IMG/VR virus record: IMGVR_UViG_3300045988_017676
Span: 1-36,465 of that record
DNA: 36,465 nucleotides
Reading direction: 5' to 3' (one strand)
Origin: a virus
Shown: positions 32,163 through 36,465 of the stretch, one piece after another
Layout of the letters: each line of letters begins with the position of its first letter
Numbering within the stretch: position 1 is the stretch's first letter
Notes under the pieces: model-generated
Database searches by the model: none
Told to the model about the DNA's origin: nothing
The model's input: the letters and a program-made list of their open reading frames with translations, nothing else
Made by a program: the position numbers and the translations under genes

Positions 32163-33142
32163 TTTTGACAGATGTGGATAGGTTGGAACTGTCCTATCTC
32201 GACATTGCATCTTATATTGATATAGATGTAGGCAACACGAATGACTTTGAAATTAGCCTATCAAGGGAAGATGTAAGACGATACGATGTAAAAAAGGGTT
32301 GTTGCATATTTGCCCCGGGTACTGAGTTTGGTGGAATTATAGAGGATGTACAGAGTAATACCGAGGATGCAGAGATAACTTTTACAGGGTATACTTGGCG
32401 AGGACTGCTTAAACACATGGTTATAGAGCCGCCTAGCGGGCAAGGATATTTGACAGTGTTCGGAGATGCAAACCGGGTATTGGGAAAAGTGCTAAACAAA
32501 GGTACGGGGCTTCTTTTCGAGGTTCCGGACTCTGCATCTGGAATAAACATCCCTAAATATCAATTTCGGTACATTCCCGCCCTCGAAGGGCTTACAGCGA
32601 TGTTGGAAAAATCCAAAGCAAGGCTCGATATACAAGCGGTGCAGGGAGATGCCGGAGAGCCTTTTAAGTTGCTTATCAGGGCTGTAAGGATTAAGAATTA
32701 CAGCGAAGATGTGGAGTATAACGGCGATAATCAAATTGGGGTGTCTGTTAGGGATTTCAGGGCTGGCATCAATCACCTAATCTGCCTCGGAAAGGGAGAA
32801 CTTGCAGAACGAACAGTGGTGCATTTGTATGTACAGTTAGATGGCAGCATCGGAAAGAAACGGTATTATACAGGCACTGATGAGCGGACGGCGGTCTACG
32901 ATTATTCCTCGGCAGAAAATGCAGAAGTGCTTGAAACTGAGGGAAAGAAGCGATTGAAAGAGTTGATGAATTATAAATCAGCAACCGCAAATACATCTAA
33001 AACGGATTTGGCGATTGGAGATATTGTATCTGCGAGAGATCGTGATACTGGCGTATCGCTTAGTCGTCCGGTAGTAAATAAGATCTACACTTATCAAAAT
33101 GGTATAGAAACATTGGAATGTAAATTGAAAGGAGAACAATAA
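32153..33142 (+). CDS. Tail-associated / baseplate hub protein (short Tal-like)
   Basis: Position after Dit. ATG at 32153 after AAAGGAG. Confidence 0.6.
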   Translation: MEMILTDVDRLELSYLDIASYIDIDVGNTNDFEISLSREDVRRYDVKKGCCIFAPGTEFGGIIEDVQSNTEDAEITFTGYTWRGLLKHMVIEPPSGQGYLTVFGDANRVLGKVLNKGTGLLFEVPDSASGINIPKYQFRYIPALEGLTAMLEKSKARLDIQAVQGDAGEPFKLLIRAVRIKNYSEDVEYNGDNQIGVSVRDFRAGINHLICLGKGELAERTVVHLYVQLDGSIGKKRYYTGTDERTAVYDYSSAENAEVLETEGKKRLKELMNYKSATANTSKTDLAIGDIVSARDRDTGVSLSRPVVNKIYTYQNGIETLECKLKGEQ

Positions 33143-33143
33143 C

Positions 33144-33974
33144 ATGGCTTTAGAATTAGTAACAGGATACTGGGGGATAGAGCACGTTACAGCAGAGCAA
33201 GATGCGGACTTAAATGCCGGAATCATCGGCTCGGGTAATTATGTCTTAAACATTGGAGAGAAGATGCGTGCAGAGGCGGTATCTGCGAATCAAGTGCGGA
33301 TTTTTGACGGCGTATTTATGGCATACGGTAGACAATGTATTTTAGGAGACGGAGAGTACGAAGATGTAACAATCGAAAATGGTACACCGGGATTACTCCG
33401 AAACGATATGATCGTTGTGAAATACAAGAAAGACGAAGAATCCGGGAAGGAAAATGTTACATTCGCAGTACTTAAAGGAGAGACTGGAAGTGTCGGAAAG
33501 GATCCAGTGCCGAACAAACAGGACATCCGATCGGGAGCATTTGAATCAGAAGTACCGATGTATCGAGTTAAGATTAATGGGCTTGCAATCGAGAAAATAG
33601 AGCCACTGTATAGCATCCCTATGACAAATGATGATTTGTCCACTGGATTGGAAAAAGTAAATAAACAATTGGCTGTAAAAACTCGAACAATCGAGGGTAG
33701 CTATTTGACTGCGCAGGTTGTGGAATATGGCAATTTAGTATGGTTTAGAATAAGCGCCAACACTAAAACCACACTAAACAAAGGTACTGAATACAAACCG
33801 TTCAGCATTTCTTCCAGTGCGCCTTTGTTTTCCGTGTATCGGCGCATCACCATTGATGAGTTAAAATCATTTAATTTTAAAATTGACCAAAGTGGACAAG
33901 TAACGATTATACCAAACGTACAAATCCCTGAAGGGACTGGTATTAATGTGAGCGAACTGTACCTTAAAAAATAA
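33144..33974 (+). CDS. Tail tip / receptor-binding protein candidate
   Basis: Last structural gene before the lysis region. SD AAAGGAGAA. Confidence 0.55.
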   Translation: MALELVTGYWGIEHVTAEQDADLNAGIIGSGNYVLNIGEKMRAEAVSANQVRIFDGVFMAYGRQCILGDGEYEDVTIENGTPGLLRNDMIVVKYKKDEESGKENVTFAVLKGETGSVGKDPVPNKQDIRSGAFESEVPMYRVKINGLAIEKIEPLYSIPMTNDDLSTGLEKVNKQLAVKTRTIEGSYLTAQVVEYGNLVWFRISANTKTTLNKGTEYKPFSISSSAPLFSVYRRITIDELKSFNFKIDQSGQVTIIPNVQIPEGTGINVSELYLKK

Positions 33975-33981
33975 AAGAGTG

Positions 33982-34335
33982 CTACATTACCTCGTATACG
34001 GTCATGCGTGTCCATTGGGTATCTTTAAATGTAACAGTTAATTTGCCGTCATTTATTTCCCGGCTAACCACGTCACTTTCTGCACCTATTACTGTTTTAA
34101 CCCATTCGTTTGTCCGTATGAATAGTAAATAAGCATATGGAGGATATGCGTTTTCACTGCCGTATAATCTGCGGAAAAATACAAGATACATGTGGTCTTT
34201 GCGCATGCTCTTTTTCATAGTCAACGATTTGCTGCCTTCTTCTGGGGAAATCACATCGTCCCAGAAAGCAAATTTGCCTAGCGCAGACGACATGTTTTTT
34301 ACTTTTGTATCTAGATCAGATGTTTTCTTTGACAA
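33982..34335 (-). CDS. Reverse-strand hypothetical protein (moron), up to 117 aa
   Basis: The only long ORF in a 400-bp stretch with no credible plus-strand ORF. Protein-like composition. TTG start (or the ATG at 34293) with no clear SD. Confidence 0.5.
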   Translation of the reverse strand: MSKKTSDLDTKVKNMSSALGKFAFWDDVISPEEGSKSLTMKKSMRKDHMYLVFFRRLYGSENAYPPYAYLLFIRTNEWVKTVIGAESDVVSREINDGKLTVTFKDTQWTRMTVYEVM

Positions 34336-34374
34336 ATCATCATTTTTTTATATAAATCGAAAGGAGATGATAAC

Positions 34375-34788
34375 ATGAAACTATTATTTGCAGATGGACA
34401 GACATTGCAAGTACAAGCAATCTCATCGGAAGATGGGAAACTGCATGTAAGTGTCTTAAACAACTGCTATGAGCAGTTAAAACACCTTTTTACAGATCCG
34501 ATTACGACAGCAAGAATAGAAGTTGAAAACAATCATGGGGAAATCGAAGAGATATTCGAAAATTACACTATATTTTCGTACATCCGTGAAAATGCAGGAA
34601 AGATTTTCGAAGTAGAGATGGAGCAGCAGGGAAAAGATACCGAAACTCGTCTTGCAGAAGCAGAAAAGCGAGCAGAACAGGCAGAAAAGGAACTTACTGC
34701 AACACAGTTAGCGCTGTGTGAAGTATACGAGATGATAGGACAGATGCAGGCATTGCTTAAGCCCGGAGAGGTGGATGGCAATGCTTGA
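34375..34788 (+). CDS. Hypothetical 137-aa protein with C-terminal coiled coil
   Basis: SD AAAGGAGATGA. Track ORF. Confidence 0.8.
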   Translation: MKLLFADGQTLQVQAISSEDGKLHVSVLNNCYEQLKHLFTDPITTARIEVENNHGEIEEIFENYTIFSYIRENAGKIFEVEMEQQGKDTETRLAEAEKRAEQAEKELTATQLALCEVYEMIGQMQALLKPGEVDGNA

Positions 34789-34825
34789 TTTTTTGCTATT
34801 TTTAATGCGGAAGGAGGTGGGAGAT

Positions 34826-34942
34826 ATGGCAGTAGTTTACGCAACATTAATCATTAAAGGAGTAAAAACCATCGATGATGTACCAGAAATAATTTTGGAG
34901 CAGGTGAAACAGGTTTTGAAAAAGTTAGAGGTCGAAATCTAG
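34826..34942 (+). CDS. 38-aa mini-protein, paralogue of 21734-21829
   Basis: MAVVYATLIIKGVKTIDDVPEIILEQVKQVLKKLEVEI. Strong SD GGAAGGAGGTGGGAG. Confidence 0.65.
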   Translation: MAVVYATLIIKGVKTIDDVPEIILEQVKQVLKKLEVEI

Positions 34943-34962
34943 GAGAGTGAGGGATTAAGAAC

Positions 34963-35367
34963 ATGGAAAAATTATTTAACAACTTAAGTATGGTAATCGG
35001 TGCGGTAGGAGGAGTTATCGTATACTGGCTCGGCGGGTGGGATATTTTGCTAAAAACGATTCTATTTTTAGCTGTAATCGACTACATAACAGGCATTTTA
35101 AAAGCTATACACCAAAATCAGCTCTCTTCCGAGATTGGATTTAAGGGGCTGATCAAGAAAATAACAATGTTTATCGTGATTGCAGTAGCATTTGCAATAC
35201 AAAAATTATTAAATGATACCGTTCCTTTGCGAGAAGTAGTGATAATGTTTTATATCGCGAATGAGGGTATTAGTTTGTTGGAAAATGCAGCTGTTATGGC
35301 TCCGATACCGGAAAATTTAAAAAATGTATTATTGCAATTAAGGGAAAATGATTCAGAGGGCGAGTGA
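34963..35367 (+). CDS. Holin (Phage_holin_4_1 / TcdE-like family)
   Basis: Three hydrophobic segments. FYIANEGISLLEN motif. Immediately upstream of the endolysin. Confidence 0.9.
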   Translation: MEKLFNNLSMVIGAVGGVIVYWLGGWDILLKTILFLAVIDYITGILKAIHQNQLSSEIGFKGLIKKITMFIVIAVAFAIQKLLNDTVPLREVVIMFYIANEGISLLENAAVMAPIPENLKNVLLQLRENDSEGE

Positions 35368-35407
35368 TCGTCCTCTTTTGTTTTAAAAAGCAGGAAGGAG
35401 AAAGAAT

Positions 35408-36334
35408 ATGGCGCATTTATTTGTAATCGCAGGACATGGAGCAGGAGATCCGGGAGCATGTGCAAATGGATTTAGTGAGGCAGAGAGAGTAAGAGCATTA
35501 GCAACGAGAATTAAAGCACTCGGCGGCGATCGGGTTACTCTGGGGGACTTTAACAGAGATTATTATGCAGACAATGGTATCAGTAGCCTCGACATCCCGG
35601 CTGACTGGCAGATCACAGAGTTACACATGGATAGCGCAGCAGCAGGAGCCAAAGGAGGGCATGTCATTATTAAGGCAGGATTTGATCCGGATCAGTACGA
35701 CAATGCCCTTGCAAGTTTTATCGGCGGTGTTTTACCGGGACGATCAAATCTGATTGTTGGCAGAGATGATCTCGCTAATCCAAACAGAGCAGCAGCAAGA
35801 GGATATAGCTATCGTCTCGTAGAGGTTGGATTTATTACAAATACTGGAGATCTTACGATTTTTAATAATCAGATGGATGGCATTGCAAGAGGAATCTTGG
35901 AAGCGTTTGGAATTAAGAGCAATGCAGAGCCACTAAAGCCAAAAACACCTCTATGGTATCAGGCACATGTATCTGGTAAAGGTTGGATGGATGCGGTAAA
36001 CGGAGGTATCGCCGGAACCGTGGGGCAGAATCGGGCACTGGAAGCAATCAAGATTGACATGCGTAAGTTGGACTTTAAGATCAAGGCTCGGGCGCATATC
36101 CAAAATATCGGGCTTAAGGATTTTGGATACATCAAACACGATACCGTCATCGGGACGACCGGAAAAGGTCTGCATTTAGAAGCAATCGAATTGATTGCAG
36201 AGGGGCTGAAAGGAAAGAAACTGCAGACCAGAGTGCATATCCAAGATATTGGTTGGACTCGCTGGACATCTGGCATGATCGGAACGGTCGGCATGAACAA
36301 GAAAATCGAAGCGATTGAGCTTAGATTGGTATAA
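35408..36334 (+). CDS. Endolysin: N-acetylmuramoyl-L-alanine amidase (Amidase_3-like) with 3 C-terminal ChW repeats
   Basis: VIAGHGAGDPGA, ELHMDS and VEVGFITN. Three ChW-like units YQAHVSGKGW...LEAIKI, ARAHIQNIG...LEAIELI and TRVHIQDIGW...IEAIELRL. Confidence 0.92.
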   Translation: MAHLFVIAGHGAGDPGACANGFSEAERVRALATRIKALGGDRVTLGDFNRDYYADNGISSLDIPADWQITELHMDSAAAGAKGGHVIIKAGFDPDQYDNALASFIGGVLPGRSNLIVGRDDLANPNRAAARGYSYRLVEVGFITNTGDLTIFNNQMDGIARGILEAFGIKSNAEPLKPKTPLWYQAHVSGKGWMDAVNGGIAGTVGQNRALEAIKIDMRKLDFKIKARAHIQNIGLKDFGYIKHDTVIGTTGKGLHLEAIELIAEGLKGKKLQTRVHIQDIGWTRWTSGMIGTVGMNKKIEAIELRLV

Positions 36335-36338
36335 AAAT

Positions 36339-36366
36339 ATCCTCCCTTCGCAATGAGGGGGAGGAT
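36339..36366 (-). terminator. Hairpin after the endolysin whose U-tract lies on the minus strand
   Basis: ATCCTCCC-ttcgcaatgagg-GGGAGGAT. The plus strand has AAAAAT before it and GAAAAAG after it. Read on the minus strand, the hairpin is followed by ATTTTTAT. Confidence 0.55.
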
Positions 36367-36402
36367 GAAAAAGAATATATTGTATCATCTTAATTTAAAC
36401 GC

Positions 36403-36425
36403 GTTAGTAACACGTTAGTAACAAA
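36403..36425 (+). repeat. Tandem 11-mers GTTAGTAACAC/GTTAGTAACAA; candidate integrase arm-type sites
   Basis: 22/23 identical to 182-204. Abuts and overlaps the start of the 45-nt terminal repeat. Confidence 0.5.
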
Positions 36426-36465
36426 AATGCTTGAAAACCCACTAAAATCGTGATATGAAATTAAA
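36421..36465. repeat. 45-nt terminal direct repeat, right copy
   Basis: Identical to 1-45. Confidence 0.9.

Larger units (their letters stand above)
1..36465 (+). mobile_element. Complete temperate siphovirus-type phage genome or prophage (lysogeny, early/replication, packaging, head, tail and lysis modules)
   Basis: Canonical module order from integrase to endolysin. Terminal 45-nt identity. Almost all genes sit on one strand with SD sites and ATGA/TAATG coupling. Confidence 0.93.

Noticed and set aside
33144-33974. Diversity-generating retroelement targeting the receptor-binding gene
   Set aside because: No reverse transcriptase gene is present in the window, and I noticed no template or variable repeat pair. 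Repeat detection was by eye only.

Overview
The window is an essentially complete temperate tailed-phage genome of about 36.4 kb. It is siphovirus-type, with an SPP1/TP901-like morphogenesis module. The host is probably a low-GC Firmicute, likely Clostridia, because the endolysin carries ChW wall-binding repeats. The first 45 nt are identical to the last 45 nt. The window is therefore either a circularly closed genome with terminal overlap (DTR) or a prophage cut exactly at its att repeats.

Gene order:
- attP-like region with 11-mer arm repeats.
- Lysogeny module on the minus strand: tyrosine integrase, bPH-domain protein, lipoprotein and an HTH-only CI-type repressor.
- A divergent switch with consensus promoters and palindromic operators.
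- Early genes: Cro, Rha and BRO antirepressor-like genes, and small ORFs.
- A hexapeptide-repeat protein encoded by sixteen near-identical 18-nt units.
- Recombination and replication genes: Gp157, Sak4-like ATPase, DUF669, ERCC4-like nuclease, zf-CHC2 protein and an SF3/DUF927-like helicase.
- An iteron-rich intergenic region.
- A run of Cys-rich mini-ORFs that includes a Lar-like protein, then an amber-interrupted YopX and a sigma-region-4-like late regulator.
- A 0.5 kb structured non-coding region carrying tRNA-Trp(CCA).
- Late genes: TerS, TerL, portal, gp7/MuF-like protein, an inserted fibre-like cassette, scaffold, major capsid, connectors, major tail protein, chaperones, a 1422-aa tape measure, Dit, Tal-like protein and a receptor-binding candidate.
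- One reverse-strand moron, then holin and an amidase-ChW endolysin.

Most interesting candidates:
1. A consensus promoter bracketed by two LexA (Cheo) boxes drives a 36-aa ORF that converges on the S24-less repressor. This points to an SOS-controlled antirepressor or co-regulator.
2. In the 18-nt repeat gene only 4 of 18 nucleotide positions vary, and every difference is nonsynonymous.
3. One 8-mer family (AGTAACAA) is shared by the att arms and the putative origin.
4. A fibre-like cassette sits inside the head module.
5. Uncharacterised lysogeny-expressed genes (bPH protein plus lipoprotein) and a reverse-strand moron.

All functional calls come from reading motifs by eye. No database search was run.
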